Shown: in pieces, positions 10,946 to 24,124 of the stretch | How the letters are laid out: the number at the start of each line of letters is the position of its first letter | Numbering within the stretch: the first letter of the stretch is position 1 | NCBI RefSeq assembly: GCF_963921235.1 | Contig: NC_086108.1 | Span: forward strand, 24,304,001-24,368,000 | Source of the DNA: Mobula hypostoma | Lineage: Eukaryota | Direction of reading: 5' to 3' | DNA: 64,000 nt | Made by a program: the position numbers and the translations under genes | The notes under the pieces: generated by a model | The model's input: only the letters and a program-made list of their open reading frames with translations | Database searches by the model: none | What the model was told of the DNA's origin: nothing

Positions 10946-12832
10946 CTCTAGCATACTTTCCCCTAAAGTAGACATTGATCTACATTGGAATAATGAGAAA
11001 CAAGAGCAAGAAGCAAACTCATGGAGGAACTCAATGGGTCAGCTAGCATCCACAGAGGAGCGAAGACTGATACTGAGGTAGTACACGTGAATGTGGTCAC
11101 AGGTGGTTGAAAGGCAAAGGGGTGCAGTAAGTTTGGCACTCAGAAAACTCCTGTTGAAGAGAGGAGGAGAACTTAACAGTTGTTACGTCTTAAAGAGAAC
11201 TTGCAGTGAAGATACAAGAGAATGTAGATGCTTTCTTTTGACTTCAGTCTCTTGTGTCTTGTTGTTTTGAATACATCGTATCATTCATTCCCAGGCATTT
11301 ATTTTATTGCATATACACCAGCCTTTCTCAACTTCTTTGCCCTGGAGAAACCCTCGAAATAATTCTCAGGTCTCAGAGAACCCCTGCATAAAAATTATTA
11401 CATCTAGAGTTCACAGTACTTTAGCATGATCAGTAAATGGTAGATATAATAATACAAAAATAATTGTCAATGCTGTTTTTAGTAGAGAATGAATTTTTAG
11501 CTAAAGTTTCTTGAAAAAATAGTTACTCTTACTTTCTCTTTCATAATTTTTAAAATCGCATAAGGCTAACATATTCTGGGTCGAACTTGAGATAAGCACA
11601 CATGGATTTCACCTTCAACTGAAATGAGATGATTTCTATCCTTGCTCTTGATGCTTGTTAAACAAGAAAAAGCTTGCTCAAACATGCAAGAAGTTGAAAA
11701 CTGCAGCAAAATGTTCATTGCTTACCTATGACTGGCAGGATACTCTTCTTTCACAGAAATCAAGAACTTGTTCAGGGGCAGGTCAGTAACTCTCATCTTG
11801 AGTGTATGATCAGACTGCAGCTCACATTCTTCCTCCTCTCTCAAAGTCTAAGTTCTCAGGCTAAGCTGAAGATTCAGAGAAAGGGTCCTTCTCTCAGCCA
11901 TACGCGTGTTGAAAGCTGGGGGGGGGGGGGAATACTGTTCAATTTTGTTCTGCACTTCTTCCAGGTAGTTTTCAATAAGCCTAGAGACTTGTTGATATCC
12001 TTCCTCACTTTCAAGCCCAATCAACAGTGGAAACATTTCAAGATTTCCTTTTGTAACATGATTTTTCCAAAGATTCTGTTTCCTTTTTAAATCTAAGAAT
12101 CTTGTCACTTGAAGTCAAAACATTTTCTCCAGGGCCTTACAGAGAATTGTTCAACTGGTTCGTACGATGAAAAATTTCTGTTAAGTAGGCTAGTTTCTGC
12201 ACCCATTCTTCAACTTCAAAGCACTTAGCAAAATGTGGCCTACTATTTTCTTGAAACTACTCCTGAAATTCACCTTTCAGCTCAAAGACCCTGTTGCAGA
12301 CTTCTCCTCCGGTAAGTCACCAGATTTCTGTATGTAACAGGAGATTGGTGTACTCTTTGTCCAGGTTTTCACACAGGTTTTTAAACACTCTCGAGATAAT
12401 TGCTCTTACAGCTACTCAATAACTTGCTTCCTGAGTCATTTTACCGACTGTGACTTTATTTTCTAAACCCTTTTATTTGTTTTTAGATTCCAATAGTCAT
12501 TTAAAATAATCAGCACTTATACGTGTCATATGGCTTTGATTTGTAGTTAAGCATCTTTTCAATTTTGCTGGAGTCATTGTTAGATTTGTAAGTTGTGTGT
12601 CACAGACTAGGCACAATGAAATAGGACAACTTGGATCACCAGTCCATGTAAAACCTACTGATAAATAGCTTTCATTGTAAAAATACGGTACTGGCTAAAT
12701 TCTTTAATCCTGCCCACTTTTCTTGTCTCCAGGACCCAGGAGAGGCTGGTGGACTTCTTCTAGGGCAACAGGAAGCATTGGGTCTCTGCTGTGGTCCTGT
12801 ATCTTCCAATCGTGGAGGGCAGTCAGTCACTG

Positions 12833-12860
12833 GTGTGTGTGTGTGTGTGTGTGTGTGTGT
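12833..12860. repeat. (TG)n microsatellite, target site of the LTR element
   Basis: About 14 GT units directly before the LTR; gtgtgtgtg resumes at 17669. Confidence 0.95.
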
Positions 12861-13689
12861 TGTTACGTACCCCGTAACTGGGTTGCCAAACCAGCAGAAA
12901 TGGATCACTCAGTTGGAGTCTGGATTACTAGAACTAAGAAAGTTTTATTAAAGAAACAAGCAACACAGTACTCTAATTAAAAGGATAATGAATGCAACAG
13001 TTCAGCAATGATAAACATACATGTACACAGAATTAAGATAACAGGATCAATCAAGCTCTATCGTTGTCTAGGGGTAAATGACCAGTTTCAAAATGACGCA
13101 ACGTTCAGTTCAGTTCGCAGTAATCGCTGCCGTGGGAGATGGACAGTGTGGGCGGAGGAGAGAGAGCAAAACGAATGAAAATTCAAAACAGCTTCCACAC
13201 ACAGACCTTTGCAGTCAGCTTTCGGGCGAGTCCTTTGTGATGTCATCTGAGGTCACCGACCGTGACCCCTCCGTTTCCAGATACGACCGTTTCTCTGCGC
13301 TGAACCTGGCACCCAGGCAAGGGTGGACACACACCAGGTTCCCGCCGATCGTTCCTTTCCACCCTGTGCGTTTATGGCCCGATACTTCCCACCGACTTGT
13401 GAGAGGCACACCGCTTCCAGGGTCTCGTTACCTCGGGTGTCGTGTGTGTCTTGCCTTAGCGAACCTGTCCCTTTCTATCCCCCTGCTGGGGTATCGCCTG
13501 TCCATCACTTCAAACAGTTCAGGGTTCAAAGGGGGAGCCGCTCTTGACAGCTCTCCTTCCCCTTCATTACACATCTCCAAGTGCTGCTCCGTTGTTTTCC
13601 TTATCTCTCTCTCTCCTGAAGACAGGTGGCAGACCAACTGCTGATCACACAGGACAGCTAACATCTTATCTATGTGTATTCTTGTCACA
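12861..13689 (-). repeat. 3' LTR
   Basis: Runs tgttacgt...ttgtcaca. About 17 substitutions and one 2-bp indel versus 16838-17668 (counted by eye). Confidence 0.95.
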
Positions 13690-13704
13690 CTTCCCCCCTT
13701 TAAG
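13690..13704 (-). promoter_or_regulatory. Polypurine tract
   Basis: Plus strand cttccccctttaa reads ttaaagggggaag on minus, immediately before the 3' LTR TG. Confidence 0.8.
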
Positions 13705-13779
13705 GATTTTTACCGGGGGGTAAAGATTACAAACATGAATACATTATTTGATACACACACAAATATATATCTTTATCAG

Positions 13780-15420
13780 CTGTTTGGCTAATACAGTGAG
13801 TTTGAAGTTGTCAACACCTGACAGACAGTCAGCCATCACATTTTTTGTTCCTTTTATATGTGTTATTAATAATCCCTTAGACCAGGCTCCAACTTAACAA
13901 ACTTCATAGTGGCCAAAAACACTGATGAATTGCGATCAATGTAACCTCTCATTTGATTTTGTCCCGGACCACAATAACAAGGGTTGTCCCATTCCGACTC
14001 AGTTTTCTCTCGCAAGGGCTTAGTAGGAGGGGGAGGGGTAGTGACCGCAGAGTTATTGTAAAACTTCCTACAGTACCCCACATCTCCAAGAGCCTTCTGA
14101 GGGCCTTCTTGTCTGTCAGGGTTGGGAGGTCAGCGATAGCCTGCACTGTAGCTTGCATCGCTGCCAGCTGCCCCTGTGTCACCACAATTCCCAGGTAAGT
14201 GACCTTCGTGTGGCCGAACTCATTTTTTTCAAGGTTCACTATCAAGCTGGCTTCAGGCAGCCGTATTAAATTGCCAATACACACCTCTGTGTTCGTCAGC
14301 CTTTTAGTCACTGAATTACTCATTCTATATGATTGTTGCTTGCTAGGCTACCCTATTGTAACAGACACCACCCAACGTCCCAGTTCTTTGCATCGCCTCG
14401 GGACAATCAAACACATGGGTGCGAGTCATTTAATTACTTCTCCTGAAGAGTCGCTTTGTTCGGGGATTAAGGGAGAGACCTTATCAGCAGACCTGGCCAA
14501 AACAATAGCCTTCTCCCATCTGATCGATACTATACTAATCTTTTCAAAATGTTTTTTTTTCTCTTATCAGGGGGCCCCTAGCTTCATTGATTTCCGCGCT
14601 AACCGTCGGCCATAATCAATAATATCCTTCCCCCTGGGCAGCTGGTAAACCTCTTTCATGATTCCACCAACTGTTTCCTCCAGCACTGCAAAATGTCCAA
14701 CGGGGGGTACCTTGTGGGCCAGGTTAAAAACCTCATCCTCATAACTCTTTTGTACCACCCCGCATTCCTCATCTGCGGATACTGTACTTGATTTCCCTTT
14801 CTTCCTTAGCACTTCCTCCTCCGCACATAGCCTACTAGTTCCCTTGTTAAGTCTGTGTCAGAGAGAGCTGTCTCTGACAAAACCATCAGCCCCTCGTCTA
14901 GCTCCTGCGTCTGCACAAATTCTTTCCTGGCTACTGCTAAGTCTGTTTCAGCTCCCTCACTACCTCTTGTCTCACTACACTCCTTCTTTTCATTTTCTAC
15001 CCCCTTCTCGTACAAGACTGGCAGAAACGTCTCAGCTAAATTTACCACCGCAGCTAAATTCACTACCGCAGCCCCATGATGAACCTGTGAGTCCATGGGC
15101 AGGGCCTCAATGCTGGCAGGCTGACCTGTCAATCTCACGACTGGGAACACGATTTCCCCCGGCGACGTCATTACCGAGCAAGACTTCCACGCCTTTCATC
15201 GGTAATTTGGACCTCACCCCAATCGTGACTAGTCCAGAGACCAGGTTGCTTTGTAAGTGTATCTAGTGCAAAGGAACCGACTCTGTCCCTTCCCCAACAT
15301 CTTTGACCTTTACCTCCCCAGTCTGAGTCTCTGAGCTAAACTCTAATACACTCTTCAGTATTAGTGACTGACACACTCCCGAGTCTCTCCAGATCCGCAC
15401 TGGAACTGGTTATAACCCCT
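13780..15420 (-). pseudogene. Deleted and decayed pol: protease, integrase zinc-binding fragment, RT C-terminal fragment, RNase H end
   Basis: PVPVRIWRDSG (~15380-15410). EVFNLAHKVPPVGHF (ORF 14567-14812). LIVNLEKNEFGHTKVTYLG...KKALRRLL (ORF 13949-14323). HIKGTKNVMADCLS (~13820-13860). Confidence 0.75.
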
Positions 15421-15525
15421 CCTTCACTGACACCAATCCGGCCGAGATAAACTTCTCGCGCCCTTCCTGAACTTTGGCAGACGTGTCCTTCCCTAACGGT
15501 TCGTTTACCAGCTCAATACAGCCAG

Positions 15526-16739
15526 TCAAAATCGCTGTTTTCCCTTTTCCCGTCTCCTACTTTGGGCAAAGCACCTGGACGCAAAGGGTCCGACTTTCCT
15601 GCAATTATAACAGATGACCCCAGGAGACTTCCTACCAGACTGCTCCCGGTCTACCTTATCCTTCTCACTAGTCCCCGGCTTACTTACTGACTTTTCCGGC
15701 GGACTCTCCCCGCCGTCCTGACTACCCTTCTGGTAGCCTTTACTCGGGGCAAACTTCATTTTATGCGTCAACGCATACTCATCCGCTAACTTAGCAGTTG
15801 CGGCTAACGTGGCTGCCTCTTTCTCATCTAGGTAGGGTCTCATACCCTCAGGGACACAACCTTTAAACTGCTCAATCAGGATCAGCTGTAGCAGTCTGTC
15901 ATAATCCCCCTCTACCCCCTTTGAGGCGCACCAACGCTTACAATATGTCTGCATCTCACGGGCAAACTCCAAATACGTGCGGTTCCACTGCTTCCTCGCA
16001 TTCCGGAACCTCTGCTGGTATGCCTCCAGGACCAACTCATAAATCCAGCCTGAGGATGGCCTCTTTCACCACCTCATACCTCTGGGCATCTTCTGCGGAC
16101 AAAGCTGAGTAAGCTTCTTGGGCTTTCCCTTTCAGTACACTCTGAAGCAAAACAACCCACTTATCCCTCGGCTAGTCCTGACATAGCAACTTTTTCAAAA
16201 TGGAGAAAGTACCGATCCACGTCGGTATTGTCAAATGGGGGAACCAGCCTAACCTCCTGGGTCGCCCGGAACCCTCCAGCTTGGTTCAGCACGAGCCCCT
16301 GCTCTGCCCTTATCTTTAATTTCTCCAGCTCGAATTCCCTTTCCCTCTGTTTCTCCTCTCGCTCCCACTGTCTCTCTCTCTTCCTCTCTCTCTCCTGCCT
16401 TTCTAACTCTTTCTCTTTCTCTTGCCTCTCTAACTCTCTCTCCTTCTCTTCTCGCTCCAACTGTCGTACCCGGAACTCGTGCTCGAGTCTCAGTTTTTCA
16501 AGCTGCACCTGTACCGCGTCTCCAGCAGGTTTTTCAATAGACACCACCCCCAGCTCGCCTTGGGGAAACACACCTTTAGATACATAGTGCTCTACGATAG
16601 CTCTGTGTATCTCCTCTCTCCTCATTGTCGACTTCCCCTTAGCAAGATTCAACCGTTTGGCCACAGCTACCAATTCCGATTTCCTGGCATCCTCTAATGT
16701 CTCCAAGGTCGGCGCCTTTATAAATTCCTCAGCCTCCAT
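15526..16739 (-). pseudogene. gag with coiled coil, SCAN-like capsid domain and degenerate CCHC knuckle (frameshifted)
   Basis: ORF 16161-16739 (E/R-rich coil, LVPPF..VDRYFLHFEKVA) and ORF 15526-16035 (EAYQQRFR...LILIEQF..CVP; CYNCRKVGPFASRC). Confidence 0.85.
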
Positions 16740-16815
16740 TTCTGCTGTTTGTCTTTTCTTTCTTTCGTGAATTTTGACCCAATCAATTTACTCCGTCCCA
16801 AATTTAGCGTTCAAA

Positions 16816-16833
16816 ATCCCGGATGAGCCCCCA
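16816..16833 (-). promoter_or_regulatory. Primer binding site, tRNA-Pro
   Basis: Minus strand TGGGGGCTCATCCGGGAT, one mismatch from the canonical tRNA-Pro PBS TGGGGGCTCGTCCGGGAT, 4 nt from the 5' LTR. Confidence 0.9.
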
Positions 16834-16837
16834 CTTA

Positions 16838-17668
16838 TGTTACGTACCCCGTAACTGGGTTGCCAAACCAGCAGAAATGGATCACTCAGTTGGAGTCTGG
16901 ATTACTAGAACTAAGAAAGTTTTATTAAAGAAACAAGCAACACAGTACTCCAATTAAAAGGATAATGAATGCAACAGTTCAGCAATGATAAACATACATG
17001 TACACAGAATTAAGATAACAGGATCAATCAAGCTCTATCGTTGTCTAGGGGTAAATGACCTGTTTCAAAATGACGCAACGTTCAGTTCAGTTCGCAGTAA
17101 TCGCTGCCGTGGGAGATGGACAGTGTGGGGGGAGTAGAGAGAGCAAAACGAATGAATATTCAAAACAGCTTCCACACACAGACCTTCGCAGTCAGCTTTC
17201 GGGCGAGTCCTTTGTGATGTCATCTGAGGTCACCGACCGTGACCCCTCCGTTTCCAGATACGACCGTTTCTCTGCGCTGAACCTGGCACCCAGGCAAGGG
17301 TGGACACACACCAGGTTCCCGCCGATCGTGCCTTTCCACCCTGTGCGTTTATGGCCCGGTACTTCCCACCGACTTGTGAGAGGCGCACCACTTCCAGGGT
17401 CTCGTTACCTCGGGTGTTGTGTGTGTCCTGCCTTAGCGAACCGGTCCCTTTTTATCCCCCTGCTGGGGTATCGCCTGTCCATCACTTCAAACAGTTCAGG
17501 GTTCAAAGGGGGAGCCGCTCTTGACAGCTCTCCTTCCCCTTCATTACACATCTCCAAATGCTGCTCCATTGTTTTCCTTATCTCTCTCTCTCTCCTGAAG
17601 ACAGGTGGCAGACCAACTGCTGATCACACAGGACAGCTAACATCTTATCTATGTGTATTCTTGTTACA
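16838..17668 (-). repeat. 5' LTR
   Basis: Runs tgttacgt...ttgttaca; direct repeat of 12861-13689. Confidence 0.95.
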
Positions 17669-19199
17669 GTGTGTGTGCCCAGCTAGCGGCTCTCCACCTC
17701 AAGACTCTGCAGAGGTACCTGCACAACGACCATCTTCCAAGATTTCATGCACTGGCGATGCACTTTTTCCGCTGGGGAGATGCCTCCAGGAGGACACGCA
17801 CCTTCCACCGAGCAGTATTAGCTGCACAGCTTTGAGGAAACTACCTTGCTTTTACCGAGAGCTGTTGAGGGTATGGAGTGTCATCCAGACAGGGTGCTCC
17901 CGTACTGGTGGGGGACAGAGCTCTGGCTGTGAGGGGGACTTTTCTCCATCCTATCACAGTGGGTGTCGAGGGACCCAGGGATGTGAAGGGGCTCTGGCTA
18001 TGCCACTATCTGATAGACTGGAACAGCTCGTCAGACCCAGGCGTTAGGATACCATGTGGGAGAGGATCCCACACAATGTGAGTTGTCTCGCACTAACGCC
18101 CACTATTAAATTCTGAGACGCTCCAAAGTGTTCCTTGTACGGACTGCTCTTGCACACCTTTCACTTCCATTGCCCTCGTTGCCGACCAGTCTCACCTTGG
18201 CAATCTGTTGTACCATCTGACGATGGAGAAGGTCCCCGGTAGAAATCTCTTTATTCAGAGGTCCTTCCCCAGTACATTGGGGACTAGGTGCAGGAGGTAT
18301 TGCATAGGGCAGTACCATGCATCAGGTTTTTAAGCAGGTTCACTGACACCCTATCCACCTGTCCATTCTGTGGCCAGGAGGCAGTGCACTATGTTTTTAT
18401 GGAGTGTGAGAGGTTGCAGCCCCTGTCTGAGTATCTGAAGGGACTGCTGCTCAGGTTGTTTGCACTTCAGCCCCGCACTCCTTATATACGGGCACCCAGT
18501 ACGAAAGGGGCTGGGTTGCAAGGAGGATCTACTGGTGGGCTTACTCCTGGACCTGGCCAAAATGGCTATTCATGGTTCTAGACAGCGGAAAGTCAAGGGC
18601 TCTACCTGGGCTGACTGCCTGTCCCTCTTCCAAGGATATGTTCATGCCTGGCTGTCCTTGGAGAAGGAGCAGGCAGTCATAATGGGTACAGTGGGGGATT
18701 TCCAGAAGTGGTGCCCCCCACCGGGGGAATTGACTGTTTTATAGACAGTAGTCATCTATTTAAAATTGAATTTATTCACTATCTTGTAAATACTTAATGT
18801 TTGTACTTTGTGTATTTGTTGTGTAAATAAAATTTTATAGCTTCGTAAAAAAACACGGACGTTTTTGTGTCCATTGTTACACTAGTGCAGTGAAATGACT
18901 CAGAATTTTGTAATTCTTTATCATTAACCTTCTCAAAATTGTCCATCGGCCCAGGCCTAGAACTCTCCTCTTCAAAAATTGCCACACTGAATCGTATTTA
19001 AAATGAAATAATCCCTCCAAATTTCTACTATATCGACAGAGTTTGTTCGCTCCCAAAAGTCAGTCGGCAGCACGCAAGGGAAAGTTGGAGGAGGTAATTC
19101 GGGAGGTAGAGGCTGTAGTCACAGCCCAAATTGGGTGAGTCTGTTCAATGCTTGGAAAATGCACTTCATGCTCCTCATCAGCCTACCACCCACCTCCGC

Positions 19200-22100
19200 A
19201 GCACTTACCAATTATCATCAAACTGTCATCCCCTCTGCAATACAGCACACAGCATCATCCTCCCATCCTCCCCTCTGTGCAATACAACACTCACCAATTA
19301 TCAGCCTACCGTCCTCCCCTCTGTTCAAAACAACACTCACCAATTATCAGCCGACCGTCCTCCCCTCTGTGCAATACAGCCCTCACCAATTATCAGCCTA
19401 CCGTCCTCCCCTCTGTGCAATACAGTGCTCACCAATTATCAGCCTACCGTCCTCCCCTCTGTGCAAGACAGCACTCACCAATTATCAGCCTACCGTCCTC
19501 CCCTCTGTGCAAGACAGCACTCACCAATTATCAGCCTAACGTCCTCCCCTCTGTGCAATACAGTGCTCACCAATTATCAACCTACCATCCTCTCCTCTGT
19601 GCAATACAGCACTCACCAATTATCAGCCTACCGTCCTCCCCTCTGTGTAATACAGCCCTCACCAATTATCAGCCTACCGTCCTCCCCTCTGTGTAATACA
19701 GCCCTCACCAATTATCAGCCTACCGTCCTCCCCTCTGTGCAATACAACACTCACCAATTATCAGCCTACCGTCCTCTCCTCTGTGCAATACAGTGCTCAC
19801 CAATTATCATCATACCGTCCTCCCCTCTGTGCAATACAGTGCTCACTAATTATCAGCCTACCGTCCTCTCCTCTGTGCAATACAGCCCTCACCAATTATC
19901 AGCCTACCGTCCTCTCCTCTGTGCAATACAGTGCTCACTAATTATCAGCCTACCGTCCTCTCCTCTGTGCAATACAGCACTCACCAATGATCAGCCTACC
20001 GTCCTCTCCTGTGCAATACAGCCCTCACCAATTATCAGCCTACCGTCCTCCCCTCTGTGCAATACAACACTCACCAATTATCAGCTTACCATCCTCCCCT
20101 CTGTGTAATACAGCCCTCACCAATTATCAGCCTACCGTCCTCCCCTCTGTGCAATACAGCGCTCACCAATTATCAGCCTACCATCCTCCCCTCTGTGCAA
20201 TGCAACACTCACCAATTATCAGCCTACCATCCTCTCCTCTGTGCAATACAGCGCTCACCAATTAACAGCCTACCGTCCTCCCCTCTGTGCAATACAGCGC
20301 TCACCAATTATCAGCCTACCGTCCTCCCCTCTGTGTAATACAGCACTCACCGATTATCAGCCTACCGTCCTCCACTCTGTGCAATACTGTGTTCACCAAT
20401 TATCAGCTTACCGTCCTACCCTCTGTGTAATACAGCCCTCACCAATTATCAGCCTACCGTCCTCCCCTCTGTGCAATACAACACTCACCAATTATCAGCC
20501 TACCGTCCTCTCCTCTGTGCAATACAGCACTCACCAATTATCAGCCTACCGTCCTCCCCTCTGTGCAATACAACACTCACCAATTATCAGCCTACTGTCC
20601 TCCCCTCTGTGCAATACAGCGCTCACCAATTAACAGCCTACCGTCCTCCCCTCTGTGCAATACAGCACTCACCGATTATCCGCATACCGTCCTCTCCTCT
20701 GTGCAATACTGTGTTCACCAATTATCAGCCTACCGTCCTCCCCTCTGTGCAATACTGTGTTCATCAATTATCAGCCTACCGTCCTCCCCTCTGTGCAATA
20801 CAGCACTCACCAATTATCAGCCTACCGTCCTCCCCTCTGTGCAATACTGTGTTCACCAATTATCAGACTACCTTCCTCCCCTCTGTGTAATACAGTGCTC
20901 ACCAATTATCAGCCTACCGTCCTCCCCTCTGTGCAATACAGTGCTCACCAATTATCAGCCTACCGTCCTCCCCTCTGTGCAATACAGTGCTCACCAATTA
21001 TCAGCCTACCGTCCTCCCCTCCATGCAATACTGTGTTCACCAATTATCAGACTACCGTCCTCCCCTCTGTGCAATACAGCACTCACCAATTATCAGCCTA
21101 CCGTCCTCTCCTCTGTGCAATACAGCACTCACCAATTATCAGCCTACCGTCCTCCCCTCTGTGCAATACAACACTCACCAATTATCAGCCTACCGTCCTC
21201 CCCTCTGTGCAATACTGTGTTCACCAATTATCAGACTACCGTCCTCCCCTCTGTGCAATACAGTGCTCACCAATTATCAGCCTACCGTCCTCCCCTCTGT
21301 GCAATACTGTGTTCACCAATTATCAGCCTACCGTCCTCCCCTCTGTGCAATACAGTGCTCACCAATTATCAGCCTACCGTCCTCTCCTCTGTGCAATACA
21401 GCACTCACCAATTATCAGCCTACCGTCCTCCCCTCTGTGCAATACAGCACTCACCAATTATCAGCCTACTGTCCTCCCCTCTGTGCAATACAGTGCTCAC
21501 CAATTATCAGCCTACCGACCTCTCCTCTGTGCAATACAACACTCACCGATTATCAGCCTACTTTCCTCCCCTCTGTGCAATACAACACTCACCAATTATC
21601 AGCCTACCGTCCTCCCCTCTGTGCAATACAGCCCTCACCAATTATCAGCCTACCGTCCTCCCCTCTGTGCAATACAACACTCACCAATTATCAGCCTACC
21701 GTCCTCCCCTCTGTGCAATACAGCACTCACCAATTATCAGCCTACCGTCCTCCCCTCTGTGCAATACAACACTCACCGATTATCAGCCTACTTTCCTCCC
21801 CTCTGTGCAATACAACACTCACCAATTATCAGCCTACCATCCTCCCCTCTGTGCAATACAACACTCACCGATTATCAGCCTACTTTCCTCCCCTCCGTGC
21901 AATACAACACTCACCAATTATCAGCCTACCGTCCTCCCCATCTGTGCAATACAGCCCTCACCAATTATCAGCCTACCGTCCTCCCCTCTGTGCAATACAG
22001 TGCTCACCAATTATCAGCCTACCGTCCTCTCCTCTGTGCAATACAGCACTCACCAATTATCAGCCTACCGTCCTCCCCTCTGTGCAATACAGCACTCACC

Positions 22101-22734
22101 AATTATCAGCCTACCGTCCTCCCCTCTGTGCAATACAACACTCACAAATTATCAGCCTACCGTCCTCCCCTCTGTGCAATACAGTGCTCACCAATTATCA
22201 GCCTACCGTCCTCCCCTCTGTGCAATACAGTGCTCACCAATTATCAGCCTACCGTCCTCCCCTCTGTGCAATACTGTGTTCACCAATTATCAGCCTACCG
22301 TCCTCCCCTCTGTGCAATACAGCACTCACCAATTATCAGCCTACCGTCCTCCCCTCTGTGCAATACAGTGCTCACCAATTATCAGCCTACCGTCCTCCCC
22401 TCTGTGCAATACTGTGTTCACCAATTATCAGCCTACCGTCCTCCCCTCTGTGCAATACAGTGCTCACCAATTATCAGCCTACCGTCCTCCCCTCTGTGCA
22501 ATACTGTGTTCACCAATTATCAGACTACCGTCCTCCCCTCTGTGCAATATAGTGCTCACCAATTATCAGCCTACCGTCCTCCCCTCTGTGCAATACAGCC
22601 CTCACCAATTATCAGCCTACTGTCCTCACCTCTGTGCAATACAGCCCTCACCAATTATCAGCCTACCGTCCTCCCCTCTGTGCAATACAGTGCTCACCAA
22701 TTATCAGCCTACCGTCTTCTCCTCCGTGCAATAC
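19200..22734. repeat. 46-bp tandem minisatellite, roughly 75 units
   Basis: Unit ctcaccaattatcagcctaccgtcctcccctctgtgcaatacagca. About 2.5 more diverged units occur at 24125-24240. Confidence 0.98.
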
Positions 22735-24124
22735 TGTGTTGCCCTTAAGGCATTAATTTAACTTTATTAAATTTCCGCTTTAAATAATTTGTTTGTAATT
22801 ATTTTCTAGTTAAAGTTAAAGTTTGATAACTACGTTACAGTTTAACAAAAGGTAAAATTATGGTACAGCGTGGCATGTGATGACATCACCTCTGGTTTAG
22901 CCGCGTCTTGTGGGTAACTTCCAGTTCGGAGAAGGAGAAAAGGTGGGGTCCCACGCGTGCAGCATGAACATGAAAAGCTCCATGTCTACCCACAAAGAAA
23001 CATTATAGAAGCAACGCTGTAAGTTCATAAGACAGTGTTGAAATAAAAATATTAACGTGGATTCTGTTAAAGGAAGCGGTGGTTGGAGCGGCGCGTGGCG
23101 GCTTTTCAATTTCAAACGCGGGGTCGGCTCGAGCCCAGCGGCAGTTTGACGCGACCCCCTCCCTCCCCTGGGCAGTTGAAGACACTCACTAAAAGAAAAG
23201 AGCGCGCGTGGTCTCAAGAATGAAACAGACACTGTATATGTTTAAAAACACAAACACGAGGAAAAGTGGGAGGGGGAGGGGGAGATTCAAAATGATAGGA
23301 GAAGACAGGAGGGGGAGGGGTGGAGCCAAGAGCTGGACAGGTGATTGGCAAAAGGGATATGAGGCTGGAGAAGGGAGGGGATCATGGGACGGGAGGCCTA
23401 GGGAGAAAGAAAGGGGGAGGGGTGAAGCCCAGAGAATGGGCAAGGAGTATAGTGAGAGGCACAGAGGGAGAAAAAGGACAGAGAGAAAAAAAAAAGAAGT
23501 AAAAAATAAATAAATAAATAGATAACGGATGGGGTACGACGGGGAGGTGGGGCATTAGCGGAAGTTAGAGAAGCAATGTTCATGCCATCAGGTTGGAGGC
23601 TATCCAGATGGATTATAAGGTGTTGTTCCTCCAACCTGAGTGTGGCTTCATCTTGACAGTAGAGGAGGCCGTAGATAGGCATATCAGAATGGGACGTGGA
23701 AGTAAAATGTGTTGCCACTGGGAGATCCTCCTTTCTCTGGCGGACAGAGCGTAGGTGTTCAGCGAAGCGGTCTCCCAGCCTGCGTCGGATCTTGCCAATA
23801 TATAGAAGGCTGCATCGGGAACACCGGACGCAGTATATCACCCTAGCTGACTCACAGGTGAAGTGTCACCTCACCTGGAAGGACTGTCTGGGGCCCTGAA
23901 TGGTGGTAAGGGAGGAAGTGTAAGGGCATGTGTAGCACTTGTTCCACTTACAAGGACAAGTAATGTTTATGTTTGTATTTTTTTTATCAACAGTTTTCAC
24001 CATACGATGTTAATGTGGAAGAGTAAACAGTAAATGGTTAACCTTGCTACGACTCTGTCTTCGTTGGTTCCGGTTTAACTTGATGTTTAGTCAGAGTTTC
24101 AACACACTGCACGAGAACACTACA
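22735..24124. mobile_element. Probable solo LTR inserted in the minisatellite
   Basis: TGTG...TACA termini interrupt a satellite unit at caatac|agtg. Flanks aatac / tatac are a 5-bp TSD-like pair. No coding sequence of its own. Confidence 0.65.
23262..23960 (-). mobile_element. PLE GIY-YIG fragment inside the solo LTR
   Basis: ORF 23398-23841, IYCVRCSRCSLLYIGKIRRRLGDRFAEH...LEEQHLI. Same family as 2648-4741. Confidence 0.9.

Larger units (their letters stand above)
12861..17668 (-). mobile_element. Gypsy (Gmr1-like) LTR retrotransposon, non-autonomous deletion derivative
   Basis: Two ~830-bp TG...CA LTRs, a 4-bp gtgt TSD, a tRNA-Pro PBS and a PPT. Internal region holds gag with SCAN-like and zinc-knuckle parts, protease RDSG, an integrase H..GH fragment, then RT and RNase H scraps. 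Confidence 0.93.
12692..18852 (+). mobile_element. Tx1/L1-clade LINE 3' fragment, split by the LTR element
   Basis: The left part, LVDFF*GNRKHWVSAVVLYLPIVEG..QSLVCV, continues after 17668 as CAQLAALHLKTLQRYL. The C-terminal zinc motif is LHRAVPC..TCPFCGQEAVHYVFMEC (18288-18581). AATAAA at ~18825. Flanking imperfect repeat aaaaatacggtac / aaaaacacggac. Confidence 0.8.

Noticed and set aside
15526..16739. Host SCAN zinc-finger gene
   Set aside because: Lies between LTRs downstream of a PBS, is frameshifted and has no C2H2 array, so it is retrotransposon gag.
13078..18047. Duplicated ORFs 13078-13644 and 17055-18047
   Set aside because: Antisense translations of the two LTRs; the second runs out of frame into the Tx1 fragment. 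No recognisable domain.
19200..22734. CRISPR-like appearance (constant repeat plus variable segment)
   Set aside because: The variable part is only ~5-6 nt and recurs from a small set of states. There are no unique spacers and no cas genes, and the context is eukaryotic.
19131..22761. Long plus-strand ORFs of 325-732 aa in all three frames
   Set aside because: The 46-bp consensus has no plus-strand stop in any frame and its length is not a multiple of 3, so every frame cycles through the same peptide. This is a tandem-repeat artefact.
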